Of a stretch of 64,000 nt of DNA, positions 50,101 to 61,945 are shown in pieces. The DNA is from Blepharisma stoltei ATCC 30299 (lineage: Eukaryota > Protista > Ciliophora). Made by a program: the position numbers and the translations under genes. The stretch covers positions 1 to 64,000 of the forward strand of contig CBFDEM010000048.1 of NCBI GenBank assembly GCA_965603825.1, in the 5' to 3' direction. How positions within the stretch are numbered: position 1 is the first letter of the stretch; each line of letters starts with the position of its first letter. Under the pieces are notes generated by a model. The model did not search any database. It saw nothing but the letters and a program-made list of their open reading frames with translations, and had not been told where the DNA came from.

Positions 50101-51712
50101 GGACACCAATCCAAAATATTACACATGCATAATTGAAACGGGTTTCTATATATACCAATTACTTAAATATTACGAAGAGGTAATCTTAATGAAAACGATT
50201 AAATATAATACAAAAGCAACAACTAAATCTTATTTTAAAGAAAAATATGCTATAAGCAGCATATGAAAGCTGCCACTGATACCATATTTTATGATGATGC
50301 AAAAACAAAAGCCTAAAGTGACTGTTGAAATAGATAGAGAAAAATTGATGGAAAATGCTTATGCGTTTTTTCAGAAGCATACCTGTAACGTAGAAGTTTT
50401 ATTGGAAAATAACAATCTCATAAAAATTTATTTCATAATGCCTCCAGAATATCAAGGTCTAAGCAAAGAAATAAAGAAAATTTTCCAAAGGGATGTTGAC
50501 AGAACTTCTAATCATACAAAACTGCAGTTTTTGATAAATAAAACAGACGAAATTATTGCAAAAATTAAGCATGAGCAAGCGCTGAAACAGTTATTTTCAA
50601 AGTATTATCTTTTTTCTTTACTTTTTTATAATGTTTTACTATGAGAAGATATTGTTTTTCATTTGAATTTAATCGAAAATTTTGGCATTATATACTCATT
50701 TTCTTATTATGATACTGACCCAATTGACGAGCCTTCCTTATTTTATGAAGCAAATGGGAATTCTTGAGGATTAGATATAGACCAGACATGAGTATTCCTA
50801 AAAACAATTGGAATTTTAGAAGCTCTATCATCTTTTATTGTGCTTTGCCATTATTTAGCCAAAGAGTCTCCTTTAATTTTCAAACAAATTGCAAAGGATT
50901 ATTCATGGACTTCTAGTAGACAAAATAATCTCTCTAAGTTCTTTTTAAGCTGCCAATTAATCGCCATATCTAGCTGAAAAATATTGACTTATCCAATCAT
51001 ACTTTATTATATCATTTTCCTTGCTTTCGCAATTCTAGGAGCTTCAATACATCCATTTTTCTTTTCTATAAACCTCCTGATGAATATGGTCTATCGCTAT
51101 CCAACAATGCAGCTTATCTGTATGTCTATTAGAATCCCCTTTAAAGCGATGGTATCTGCATGGATCCTAATGTTTCTAATAGTTTATATATTTGGTGTAG
51201 TTGGCTACTCCCTAATTCATAACGATTTTACTGATTATTGCCCAAGCATCCTTGTTTGCTCTATCTATATATTTGACCAAGGCTGAAAACAAAACGGTGG
51301 TATAGGGGTATCCTTAAAGAATTATGCTCCTGGCGAGCTCGACTACATAAGGCTTTTATACGATAACCTCTACAACGTCATTATTGTCGTCACAATGCTG
51401 AACGTTGTCCAAGGTATCGTAATGGATGTTTTTGCCCAGATTCGAGAAAAAAACAACAATGACATCACAGATATGAAAACTAAATGCTTTATGTGCGGAC
51501 TTGAAAGAGATTATATCGAAAGGGTTACTAATGAGCCATTTAAGCATCATATTTGCTTTGAGCACTGCGAATGGAACTATATTTTATACATTGCTCACAT
51601 TTTGAATAAAAACAAAGAAGAATACACATCGGCTGAAAAGTACATAAAAGAGCTATATGAGCTTAAAGACATCAGATGGTACCCATGGAATCAGTCTTTA
51701 TCAATTAATTAA
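44138..51712 (+). CDS. IP3 receptor/ryanodine receptor-like Ca2+ release channel, 2524 aa, intronless
   Basis: Eleven ORF pieces share one frame with only TGA between them (gaps translated by hand). IKFGSLIQLEH, MIR motifs GL(W)IIE and RIKHLSTGCYL, helical RIH regions, TM domain, pore GGIG, GIVMDVFAQIR, C-terminal CFMCGL...HICFEHCEWNY. Confidence 0.92.
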
Positions 51713-51754
51713 TAAGAAAATTAAATATCCTTAAACGATAATTGTTAAAATTTA

Positions 51755-53629
51755 CTATTTTTTGGCCTTTGCTCCAAGAGATTTGAGCTCGATATAAGCA
51801 ATAATTCTTGTAACAATAATGTATATTATTTGTGCTAAAATGCATATCCCGAGTTTATTATAAAATCCTAAGTCATCCAATGGATCACACTCGGGGCCGT
51901 CCGGATCGCAGTCAAAGTCCATGCCATTATATTGGTTGACGGCTAAGCCTTCAAAACTCCACTTAAACGGTGAGATATATCGGACCCATTTGAAAGCGCT
52001 CGCATTTGAATATAACCCGCCAAATGCCATAAGTGGTGCCGTAAGCATTGGAGAAGCAGCTGAAGCGGTGTTCTCGCTATCACACAATGCACCAATCATA
52101 TAGCCTAGACCACTTCCTGTGAGAAATGTTAAGAAGATAATGAGCCAAAACAGGAAAAACTTGTCAGCCTCCATTTGCAAACCGAGAGGAAAATAAAGCA
52201 TGACCGATGCTATTAAAGTTGCAAGAATTTGAACTGGCAACTCTGTGAACATCTTTGCAAGGAAATAGTTGAAAGCGCCATACAGTCCTTGGCTGTATTC
52301 TTTAAGATAAACTACTTTTTCACCTGGGAACGTCAGCGAGCAGCTTGAGTTGGCAATCATGACACTATTAATTGAGCAAAACGTTAGAACACCGTTAATG
52401 TTTTGGACTGCGTCATAGTCATTGCCAAGATCATGGAAAATTAAATCAATCAGCGCACTTGTAACAATGTAAAACATGATGATCATGTGACTTTTCCCAG
52501 GATTTCTCATGCCATCAATAAAGCTCCTTTTGCATAAAGTTCCAAGCTTTTTAAGTGATTGGGTTTGTTGGACATTGACGAGGTCCAAGTGAGTGGAATC
52601 GTATTCTAAGACTTGGTCTTTATGGTCTTTTACGTTGTTATAGGCTTCTCTAAGATGCTCTAAAGTTTCAAGCTCTTCATCCGTCATATGATGACGGTCT
52701 GTGATATGAAGAATTCTCATATAGAAATCAGGCGGGTTTATATTCGCAGGACTTTTATAGCCAATTTTTGAAAAATATTTGCGGGAAGCTTTAGCTGAGC
52801 CTTGGTAAATGATGAATCCTTCACTTACCAATATAAGCTTCTGAAACTTAAAGAAAATGGATGCACTTGGCTGATGAATAGTGGAAACAACAGTTTTTCC
52901 TTTTTTAGCCTGTTCTAGCAACAAATCGACCAAAACTTCAGCTGTAAAACTGTCTAGACCTGAAGTCGGTTCATCCAGAATAATGACCTGAGGCTCAGAA
53001 ACGAGCTCGGTCGCAATACATACTCTTTTTCTTTCTCCACCAGATATGCCTTTAACAACAGCATTCCCAATCCTATTGTGAGCGACTTTTCCAAGTCTCA
53101 GCTCATCAATGATTTTGTCGACTTTATTTGCAATCTCGTAAGAAGTTCCTGAGCACTTCAATTTGGCTGAAAACATTAATGATTCTTTTACTGTAAGAAA
53201 AGGTAACAAAACATCTTCTTGGGTGATATAAGCGCTGTACTTCTGGAAATTCATCTTGCTTATGTCGACCCCGTTAGCTTTTATCGATCCTGTGACTCTT
53301 GAGCTATCTGAGGATTTTATTCGCCCAGCAATAATGTTTAAAAGGGAGGTTTTTCCTGCCCCTGATAAACCCATGATTGCTAGAAATTCCCCAGGATTGG
53401 CACTGCCTGATACCCCTTTAAGGATCATTTGCTCCTTATCCTTGATTTTTACCTGGAACTTCACATCCTCCCAGACGAGTTGGATTTTAGGAACTGGCGA
53501 ATCATTGCCGTCAGTTACAGAAAATGCATCTGACTCAGAAGGATAAGGAGAGTTTTCGGCTTGCTTCTCTTTCGAGACTGAATTTGAATTGTCGATGATG
53601 TTTGGGGATTCTTCTGGAGATAGTGACAT
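51755..53629 (-). CDS. ABCG half transporter 2
   Basis: Complete ORF with Walker A/B, signature and TMD; most similar to the 38229 gene. Confidence 0.95.
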   Translation of the reverse strand: MSLSPEESPNIIDNSNSVSKEKQAENSPYPSESDAFSVTDGNDSPVPKIQLVWEDVKFQVKIKDKEQMILKGVSGSANPGEFLAIMGLSGAGKTSLLNIIAGRIKSSDSSRVTGSIKANGVDISKMNFQKYSAYITQEDVLLPFLTVKESLMFSAKLKCSGTSYEIANKVDKIIDELRLGKVAHNRIGNAVVKGISGGERKRVCIATELVSEPQVIILDEPTSGLDSFTAEVLVDLLLEQAKKGKTVVSTIHQPSASIFFKFQKLILVSEGFIIYQGSAKASRKYFSKIGYKSPANINPPDFYMRILHITDRHHMTDEELETLEHLREAYNNVKDHKDQVLEYDSTHLDLVNVQQTQSLKKLGTLCKRSFIDGMRNPGKSHMIIMFYIVTSALIDLIFHDLGNDYDAVQNINGVLTFCSINSVMIANSSCSLTFPGEKVVYLKEYSQGLYGAFNYFLAKMFTELPVQILATLIASVMLYFPLGLQMEADKFFLFWLIIFLTFLTGSGLGYMIGALCDSENTASAASPMLTAPLMAFGGLYSNASAFKWVRYISPFKWSFEGLAVNQYNGMDFDCDPDGPECDPLDDLGFYNKLGICILAQIIYIIVTRIIAYIELKSLGAKAKK

Positions 53630-53968
53630 CTTATAAATTACTGATGTTTTGATGAAAATATGTTGGAGAAAACTTTAATTAAGCCTAAAAGAGAATTAAC
53701 TATATATGAAAAAATTACTGGGAAGAAATTATTTGAAATTTTTATAATTAGATAATAAATTGATAGTTCATTTCTGTAGTTTATAAAATAGAAGAAAGTG
53801 CTGGATAAAAAAAAATATTCCAACATTTTTATGAGGAACTATTTAGTAAGGAAACTATTTTAATTATATATTTAATTTTAAGTTTAATAATTTAAAATAA
53901 TTTAGCTGATAATTTAATTATTAATAGAAATAATTCACTAATTAAATTTTTTCTTAAATATAAAATTA

Positions 53969-55501
53969 TTAGCGTTTAAGCAGGTATCTTAATAGCCAAA
54001 GCTTCTGCAAAATTCTTGTTTTAGTAGCAAATAGCACTATAACTAAAACAATTAAAAATCTCTTTCCAAATTTCAACGCTTGCCATAAGCTGAATTGAGT
54101 CAATGCTTTTAGTTTATTAAAGCTGGCCACTTTTTCAGGTGTATAAGGTGGATACCTCAATGAAACTGGATACCCATTGAAATTTCCTTTAATCAGCACG
54201 CTCTTTTGGTGGCTCATGGCTTCAAAGCCATACTTGCTAAAAATCATAGACATTCCAGATTGCCCAACACCACCAAATGGGAGATCGACACATGAGTAAT
54301 TAAAAGCGCTTTCATTGCAGCTGAAATGCCCTGAAGACGTATTTTGCTTCACTTTTTCCATTGTTTTTGTATTGTTCCCATAGTAATATAAAGCTAATGG
54401 TTTTTCTCTTGCGTTTATATAAGAAATGCACTCATCTATATTGGTATAGGTGAAAACTGTTAAAATTGGTCCAAAAACTTCCTGCCTGCATAGCTCTGAC
54501 TCTGGGGACGGGTTCAGTATGACAGTAGGAGAAATATATTTTGACTCAATATCAGCGTCTCCACCCACAATTAATTCTCCTTCATGCCTTTCTAAAAGCT
54601 TAAGAATTCTCCAAGTGTGTGCTTCATTGATAATTCTTCCATAATCAGGGCTGTTTTTGGGATTTTCTCCATAAAACTGCTTGATGTAAAGCTGAAGTTT
54701 TTGCAAAAAATCATTGAGCATGCTATGATGGACAAAAACATACTCAGGAGACAAGCACAATTGACCTACATTCAAAAATCTTGTCTGTACAATTCTCATC
54801 GCAGCCAAATCCAAGTTAACCATCTCGTCCACAATAACAGGATTTTTCCCACCCAGCTCCAAAATAGTCGGTGTCAAATGTTCCGATGCTGCTTTTGCTA
54901 CCAGTTTCCCTTTTTCAGGAGACCCAGTAAACGCAATCACATCCCACCTCTGTTTCAGCAATAATTCTGCTATTTTTGGGCCTCCCTCTATACAACTAAC
55001 AGTCTCTGGGTCTAGCTGTGAAACTATAGTCTTTATGGCATGCGAAGTGCTTGGAGAAATTTCTGAGGGTTTTACGCACACACAATTCCCAGCTGCAATT
55101 GCACAAATAACTGGGTTCAATGTGGTAGAAAACGGGAAATTCCAAGACCCCATTACCAAAGCAACACCATATGGCTCATGAATTACTTGAGCTTTGGCTG
55201 GGGCCATAGCAAGAGGGATGTCATGGTCTTCAGGGCTCATGAAAGATTTTAAGTTCTTTATTTGGTAGTCTATATTAGCTGTCAAAGAGTCGATTTCGCA
55301 TACCCTTGTCAGGAATTCGCACCGTCCTAGATCCTGTTTTAAGCTTTCAATAATTTGATTTTCGTTCTCTGTTACTGCTTCTCTAAACTTTTTCAGAAGC
55401 GCTACTCTATATGCGTATTCCCTTGTTTTTCTTGACTCAAAGCTAGTTCTTAAAGAAGTTAATACGTCTTCAATAAGAATTGAAGGGTCAATTGGTTCCA
55501 T
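53969..55501 (-). CDS. ALDH3: Aldehyde dehydrogenase class 3 (fatty aldehyde dehydrogenase-like, C-terminal TM)
   Basis: EPYGV, WNFP, KPSE, FTGS, LELGGKNP, GQLCLSPEY (catalytic Cys), EVFGP, LPFGGVG, hydrophobic tail. Confidence 0.93.
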   Translation of the reverse strand: MEPIDPSILIEDVLTSLRTSFESRKTREYAYRVALLKKFREAVTENENQIIESLKQDLGRCEFLTRVCEIDSLTANIDYQIKNLKSFMSPEDHDIPLAMAPAKAQVIHEPYGVALVMGSWNFPFSTTLNPVICAIAAGNCVCVKPSEISPSTSHAIKTIVSQLDPETVSCIEGGPKIAELLLKQRWDVIAFTGSPEKGKLVAKAASEHLTPTILELGGKNPVIVDEMVNLDLAAMRIVQTRFLNVGQLCLSPEYVFVHHSMLNDFLQKLQLYIKQFYGENPKNSPDYGRIINEAHTWRILKLLERHEGELIVGGDADIESKYISPTVILNPSPESELCRQEVFGPILTVFTYTNIDECISYINAREKPLALYYYGNNTKTMEKVKQNTSSGHFSCNESAFNYSCVDLPFGGVGQSGMSMIFSKYGFEAMSHQKSVLIKGNFNGYPVSLRYPPYTPEKVASFNKLKALTQFSLWQALKFGKRFLIVLVIVLFATKTRILQKLWLLRYLLKR

Positions 55502-55609
55502 ATTTTATACCTATAACAAATTTCTTAATTCTATTGTGATCTCAGATCTAATCAGATAACTGTTGATGATAAAGCTAAGCTGAAAGAAATTCATATTTAA
55601 TAATTAAAT

Positions 55610-56269
55610 ATGAGCTGGAATAACCCTCCTCCAGGTGTAAATCCTCAATATTCCTCATTTTACTACAATTCTCAGTCATTTGCTCCGCCATCACAGCCAC
55701 AGGTTCCTCAGCCCACTGACCATAAGCGAGGTGTGCCAGGCGGAGGATGGGATGATGGAACTGAAGAGCTCCATATCAGAAGATCGAGAAATCCTGCACC
55801 GATTCCTAATCAAACTGAACGACCTCCTGTAGTCCAAGAAACTGTTATTCAACATATAGAAAAGCCAGTCCATCAAAATACTACCATTGCTGTCAGCTTA
55901 CAGCCAGGTCCTTATGAACGAAAACTGGTTGACGACATCACGATCCCGGGCGGAGCAAGACCTCGGCCTTCTGATAAAGATTTACATGATTTCAGTCAAA
56001 AATGCATGTTTTTGTCACATGAAATGATAGGGAATTTACTTTTACAAACTTTACAACACCCTCAAAGATCGCTTAAAGCTTTATATGTGCTTGATACATT
56101 GGCTAGTGATTACCCAACTTATAAAGATTTCGTAGTGCAAAACCTCTCTGCGATACAGGCTGCGAATTATTCTCAAGCTCATCAAAAAGCTCTTCAATCG
56201 TTATTAAGCAAACTTAATTCTTCTATAAATACAACGGCTCCATCGTTTAGTAACATTATTGAATTTTAA
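55610..56269 (+). CDS. Pro-rich protein with C-terminal VHS/ENTH-like domain resembling the second domain of tepsin/MTV1
   Basis: Complete ATG-TAA ORF. ERKLVDDITIPGGARPRP...F...LKALYVL pattern recalled from tepsin-family VHS-like domains. Confidence 0.6.
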   Translation: MSWNNPPPGVNPQYSSFYYNSQSFAPPSQPQVPQPTDHKRGVPGGGWDDGTEELHIRRSRNPAPIPNQTERPPVVQETVIQHIEKPVHQNTTIAVSLQPGPYERKLVDDITIPGGARPRPSDKDLHDFSQKCMFLSHEMIGNLLLQTLQHPQRSLKALYVLDTLASDYPTYKDFVVQNLSAIQAANYSQAHQKALQSLLSKLNSSINTTAPSFSNIIEF

Positions 56270-56303
56270 TTGAAAATATTATTTAAATTATTGACTAATT
56301 ATT

Positions 56304-57143
56304 TTAAAAGACCGTACACAGGTTGCAGCCACAGCTTCGTCCTTGGCCTTCCATCTGTAGCGTATTGGTTTTTGATTCTTCATTGCTTTCACTGCTTGTT
56401 TTATAAATTCCGCTTGTTTTGTTGTTTTCAACAACTTTTTTGTTATCTTCATTTGGCAGCTCATAGTCTGAGTCTTCTATTTCGTCGCTGACTTCTTCGT
56501 CTACGAAATTGAATTTTATATCTACTATGTTCAGCTGGTCTTTAATTTGTTGTATTGTGAGTCCTCCTTCTTTGGGAGATTCAATAGGTGTAGTGGAGTC
56601 AATCCTTATAGGATTTTTTAAATCACTCGGATCTTCCTCTTCAGTGACCATAATGTCGAAAGGGTTTGAATCTTGGCCGATTGATTCTTTGTATTCAATG
56701 AGTGAACTTCTGAAATTGATGTCATTGGAAGGGTGGAGACTGGAAGCTTCGCTTAATGTCAAGGACGCTGTTGAAAATTTCGGAAGACGATCAGCAAGTG
56801 AGTTGTTAAAGCCACTGACTGTGTCGCTGATATGGTATGTCAAATTGCTGGGATCTTCAGAAAATGAATACTCCAATGAGCCAGTTTTCATACCGCTTGG
56901 CTCTGATATTTTATCGTCGAGGACATTGAGGTAAGTTTCAGCCTTTGGGGATTTTTGAGGGGATAATTCATTATGTGGTTCAGTTGGCAGGGAATCGACT
57001 TCTTTTCGCTCAGATTCTTCTGAAATGAGCTCAACGTTAAGTTCAAGTCTGGCTGCATTCAGTCGAGCATTGTGGAAATATTTGATAGGCTTAGGGTCAC
57101 GGTTAGAGACAGGATTCTGCTCGTAGACTTGAATTTCACTCAT
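56304..57143 (-). CDS. Acidic, Ser-rich disordered protein with C-terminal CaaX-like motif (SCGCNLCTVF)
   Basis: Complete ATG-TAA ORF, 279 aa, with terminal Cys cluster. Confidence 0.75.
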   Translation of the reverse strand: MSEIQVYEQNPVSNRDPKPIKYFHNARLNAARLELNVELISEESERKEVDSLPTEPHNELSPQKSPKAETYLNVLDDKISEPSGMKTGSLEYSFSEDPSNLTYHISDTVSGFNNSLADRLPKFSTASLTLSEASSLHPSNDINFRSSLIEYKESIGQDSNPFDIMVTEEEDPSDLKNPIRIDSTTPIESPKEGGLTIQQIKDQLNIVDIKFNFVDEEVSDEIEDSDYELPNEDNKKVVENNKTSGIYKTSSESNEESKTNTLQMEGQGRSCGCNLCTVF

Positions 57144-57428
57144 TAACTTGGCTTATTACAATTAGAATGATTTTATATTAATATTAAATCAATAATTTTG
57201 GATAGAGAGACAGGATTTAAGGAGAGCTATTTAATAAATTCACAGAAAAAGCTAGTTGCTTCGAGTGAAAAAATTAATCCTGAAGGTGATATAATATATC
57301 TAGCATTGCACTAGGCGAGCTTCCAATATATTATTTAATTATTAAACATAAATATGAAATTTACCTTCAATTAATCGATTGCAAAGTCTCTTTCAAAACT
57401 ACACAATTCATCATTTTATTTTAAAAAA

Positions 57429-57836
57429 TTAATTTTCTTGCCCACTTTCATCTTCTATTTCAATGGTCATTTTTTCGGCTTCCTCTTGTTTTCCTGCACT
57501 GTTTTTAACTTCATCAGTTAAAATTTCATTAATAACTTCTTCAATTTCTGAAGAAACTGATTTTGTCATCACACATTCTTTCAGAATATTAAGAAGCTTT
57601 ATTTTGTTGACTGTATATTTATAAGAATCATGGTTCGTTAGTTTAGTTTTTCTATAATAGTCCACAAGTGCTTTAAAGACTCGGGTGTTTTTGTGGCCGA
57701 TTGCAATTTTAAAAAGCTCGCCATTTCGGTAGCCAACGTCAAAAGTTTTCTTGGCTTCAAGAAGTCGAATGGCTCAGTTTGTATTGTTTTTCCAGATGCA
57801 TAAGGCTAAAAAGGTTTCGTCATAGCTCACTTCCAT
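57429..57836 (-). CDS. Small helical protein, ankyrin-like N-terminal half, 135 aa
   Basis: ATG 57836 is in frame with ORF 57665 through one TGA: LALCIWKNNTN(W)AIRLLE...DVGYRNGELFKIAIGHKNTRVFKALVDYY. Confidence 0.65.
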
Positions 57837-58291
57837 TATAAAATTCTATTTCTAAAAAAATTGAAAGAAAAATTTAAGCGTGTAGCCCCCGATAAAATAA
57901 ATTTTAATTGTAAAGGTTTATTTTCATAGAAAACATAGTAAAATAAAGTAATTTCGAGAGTTTTGAATTTTTATTTTTGCTATTTACTGAGTTTTTAGTC
58001 ATACTTTTGATTAATTGGTTGACTTTAGCTTTTAATGCCTGCTTAGCTTACATTCTAATACTGCATTTACGCAATTCCAATTGCTAATCTGAAAATAAGC
58101 TGAAAATTAAATCTCAAATATTAAATTTTTTTTTATCAAATATTTCCAAATATTTAAGTCAAGTAGCGACTTCAACATGAACATTTTAGCACACGTTTTG
58201 AATTTTCCACATATTTAATATCAATGCACTCAGCAACTATCAAACTTTAAACTTCTGCTGTAAAATAAAAACTACTTATATAATCCCTAGG

Positions 58292-58780
58292 ATGGGCGAG
58301 CGTCTGTTTCTCAAAAGAGATCATGGTGGTAAAGTCCTTGAACAATTATAGAGCAAATAATAGGACAGATGAAAAAATCAAAGGACTGATGATCGAAACA
58401 TCGAATTAGATGCTTTTGCAGGAATTTTTATGGGATTTTGTGGACTTGCTAGGCAAGAATACTTGAAATTTATATTGATGCTTCAAGAGCTGACGGATAA
58501 AAAAGTCAAGGAAGCATCAAAAAGTTTGTGAAGGAAATTCCAGCTAGCGAGCAAGTAATTTCAGTCTATAGTAACAAAGTTTTAAGGGCCAAGACCCAGA
58601 TTTGTAGCCAAATGGAATTCGCCAATATAAAGTGGTGCCAAGAATATTACCCTTATCTATCAGATGCACATGAGATGGCCCTTTTTTCTACTTCTGGATG
58701 ACTGAATTTGATTTTTTTCTTAAAATTTATGGAAACTTTAGAGTAATCTGCCACGAGCTCTCGTACCGCCAATTGAAAAA
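58292..58780 (+). pseudogene. Probable decayed coding fragment, family not recognised
   Basis: Coding-like base composition inside AT-rich DNA. Short frames (e.g. ELDAFAGIFMGFCGLARQEYLKFILML) broken by TAA/TAG. Confidence 0.3.
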
Positions 58781-59273
58781 CCCAATAATCTAATATTGGC
58801 GAATATCGCAGAATTTGATATAAAAAGAACTCTGTCTTAATAACTAATTAAATAGAGTAGTGTTTAGCATAGTCGATACTACAATATTTTAATTTTTATG
58901 CTTATGAATTTCCTCACGATGATATTCTCTCTGCTTGAGCACATCTGAAACTATAAATATTTGAAGACTCTCCATATTGCTACTGATAAAATTTACCATT
59001 TTATAAATAATTTTTGGGAACGATATTGTAACTGCTCATAACGCCAGCATTAATAGAATCTCTGATTAATTTTTAACTATAGCAATTGTTTTAGAGCATA
59101 TTAAGACATACATTCTGATCTAAAGTCTCTGTTTTATTATTTCTCTTATTATCCTTTGCCCTCATTCACAGTTATCTTCTTTATATATTATTTTGTTGAC
59201 TGACTTTCTAATTCATTTATATAAGTTATGCACAATTTTATACCGATAAATTCAATAGATAAATCTTAGAAAA

Positions 59274-61130
59274 ATGTCAAAGAGTTTCCAAACGGAGACT
59301 GATAAAAGTCACTATGAAGAAAACTCTAGTGAATTCGAGAATAATTCGCTTGAAGAATCAGCTCCTTCAGAAGCTGAATTGCCTAATATTGACAGTGCTC
59401 AGCCTAGAGTTCAGCTAGTATGGGAAGACATTACCTATAAAGTAACCATAAACGGCAAAGAGCAAGAAATTCTCAAAGAAGTTTCAGGATTTGCAAATCC
59501 CGGAGAATTTTTAGCAATTATGGGTGCCTCAGGGGCTGGAAAAACGACTCTTTTAAATTTGATTGCAGGCAGAATTAATCTGGGCTCTTGCAGTTCTGGA
59601 TCTATAAAAGTAAATGACGCTGATATTCATTCCTTCAATTACAAGAAAATCGCTGCATATATCACTCAGATGGACATTTTATGGCCGACAATGACTGTAA
59701 GAGAGTCGATCATGTTTTCTGCCAAAATGAGGATCCCAGGGACTGATCTAGAAATCGCAGAAAAAGTAGATGCAGTAATAGCCGCTTTAAGACTTGAAAA
59801 AGTTGCTGACAATATTATAGGTAGCGTTATGCGTAAAGGGATTTCAGGAGGTGAGCGCAAAAGGACTAGCATTGCTATTGAAATTATTTCGAATCCATCA
59901 ATCATCATTCTAGATGAGCCTACATCTGGTCTTGATAGTTTTAATGCAGAAGTACTCATTGATCTATTAAATGAACAAGCACGCTGTGGAAAAACAGTGA
60001 TCTCCACAATTCACCAGCCAAGTACTAAGGTTTTCAATAAATTTGACAAATTAATTTTATTAACTGAAGGGTACACCATTTATCAAGGCCCAGCCGCAAA
60101 ATCAAGAAGATACTTCGCCAAATTAGGGTGCAAGTGTCCAAGACAAGTAAACCCTGCTGACTATTATATGAGGATCTTCCACGTCGTGAATCGATATGAT
60201 AAGACTGAAGAAGAGCAAAACATGCTCGATACTCTAAATAAAGCATATGAAGAAAACGAGCCACAAAATGACCCAAGCTTGCTATATCTCACCCCGATTA
60301 AAAACTCCTCAGTTTATAATCCTAGTGTTTGGACGAAATTTGCTTTATTGTGCAAAAGATCATATGCCAATGCAAAGAGGAATCCTCAGCTGAGTAAGGT
60401 CAGAGTAATCCAATACATCATCAATGCGACTATTTTAGACCTCTTGTTCCATGATTTATCAAGCACCACTAGAGGAATTTCTGACACTAATGGAGTCTTG
60501 TTTTCTATGATCAACATTAATATCGTCCTCACTAACAATTCCTCAGCTATGACCTTCCCAATAGAAAAGCCTATATTTTTAAAAGAAACGAAACAAGGAT
60601 TATATGGATCTTTAACCTATTATATTGCTAAAAACTTTTCTGAGCTGCCGATGCAGATTATCATACCTATGATGTACTCACTTATGGTTTATTTTGCCTT
60701 AGGGCTTGATTTAACAGCAGCTAAATTTTTTATTTTCTTTTTAGTTTTAATGCTAGTCCAGATGACAGGCGTTGCGCTAGGGTACGTAGTTGGGGCATAT
60801 GCTCCAAGCCCACCTGTCGCTATGGCTTTTGCCTCTTTGCTTCCTAACGGACTAATGCCTTTCGGAGGGTTGTATGCGAATCTAGGCAATATAAACAAAG
60901 CCTTCAGCTGAGTCCAATATATTTCGCCATTTGGTTGGGCGTTTAAGTCTTTGACAATAAATCAGTACAGAGACAACAGTTTTGACTGCAGCCCATCTTG
61001 CGATCCTTTGGACAGATTTGGATTCTATGATCCTTTATGGAAAGATATCATATGTCTTTTTGCACTAATGCTTGGATATAGAATTTTTGCTTATCTTGTA
61101 TTGAAACTTGGAATAAGAAAAATGCATTAG
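59274..61130 (+). CDS. ABCG half transporter 3
   Basis: GASGAGKT, ISGGERKR, LDEPTSGLD. TGA 60909 gives AFS(W)VQYISPF; ends at TAG 61128-61130. Confidence 0.93.
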
Positions 61131-61945
61131 AAGCTTTAATAATTTTTAAACTAATATTTATCTTACATAGTGCATAAAATTAAGAAATGGGTGGCTTATT
61201 TTATTATTTATCAAATTTTTTGGTCGAAATCAGAAAGGGTTTTGTAGCCTCATATAGTTATTCAATTATTTTTCAGCCATGCTAGTAATTCAATGCATCG
61301 ATTATTTTTTGTTTTTAACTTTTCTGACATAAATTTTAGATGAGTTTTGGCTCCTAAAAATTATTAGAATCTCTCGTTAGCTTTTGAAAGAGAGGAAGCC
61401 TTTTTAAGCTGCCTTTTTAGACCCCATTTGGTCTTTGTGTCATTATTGAAATAGACAAGCAATTAAAAACTTAATTGTCCAGCAATGGCTACTCATGAGA
61501 GATCATTTCAGATTTAACTAACCCAGAAAAGCTCTTATCTACTCTGCTTTAATTAATCAAATAATTCAATAGTTTCCATATATAATTTTCCATTCCACAT
61601 TGCACCCTATTACAACAATAAAAAATTCGAAAATTCTGTTTTGTTTATTGTTTATCTCTTTCCTCGATTCCTCCAGCAAAGAAACTTCTCAAATTCAATT
61701 TTTAATCCTTCTTTTTTTATTAAGCCATCTCTAACTACATTTTAATTAATTTTTTTCTAACGTTTTTAGCTTTTCTGAATCAATCACTAATATTTACCAT
61801 TTTATTCCTCAAACAACTTTTTTAAAGCTTTATTGTGAGTATTTCGATGTAAATTTTCTTTTTCTTTTCTAAATTCTCTCTTGCATGAAGTGCTTGTACA
61901 ATAAATAAACTATCATATTTTCTCCATTGATTAAAATTTTAATTA

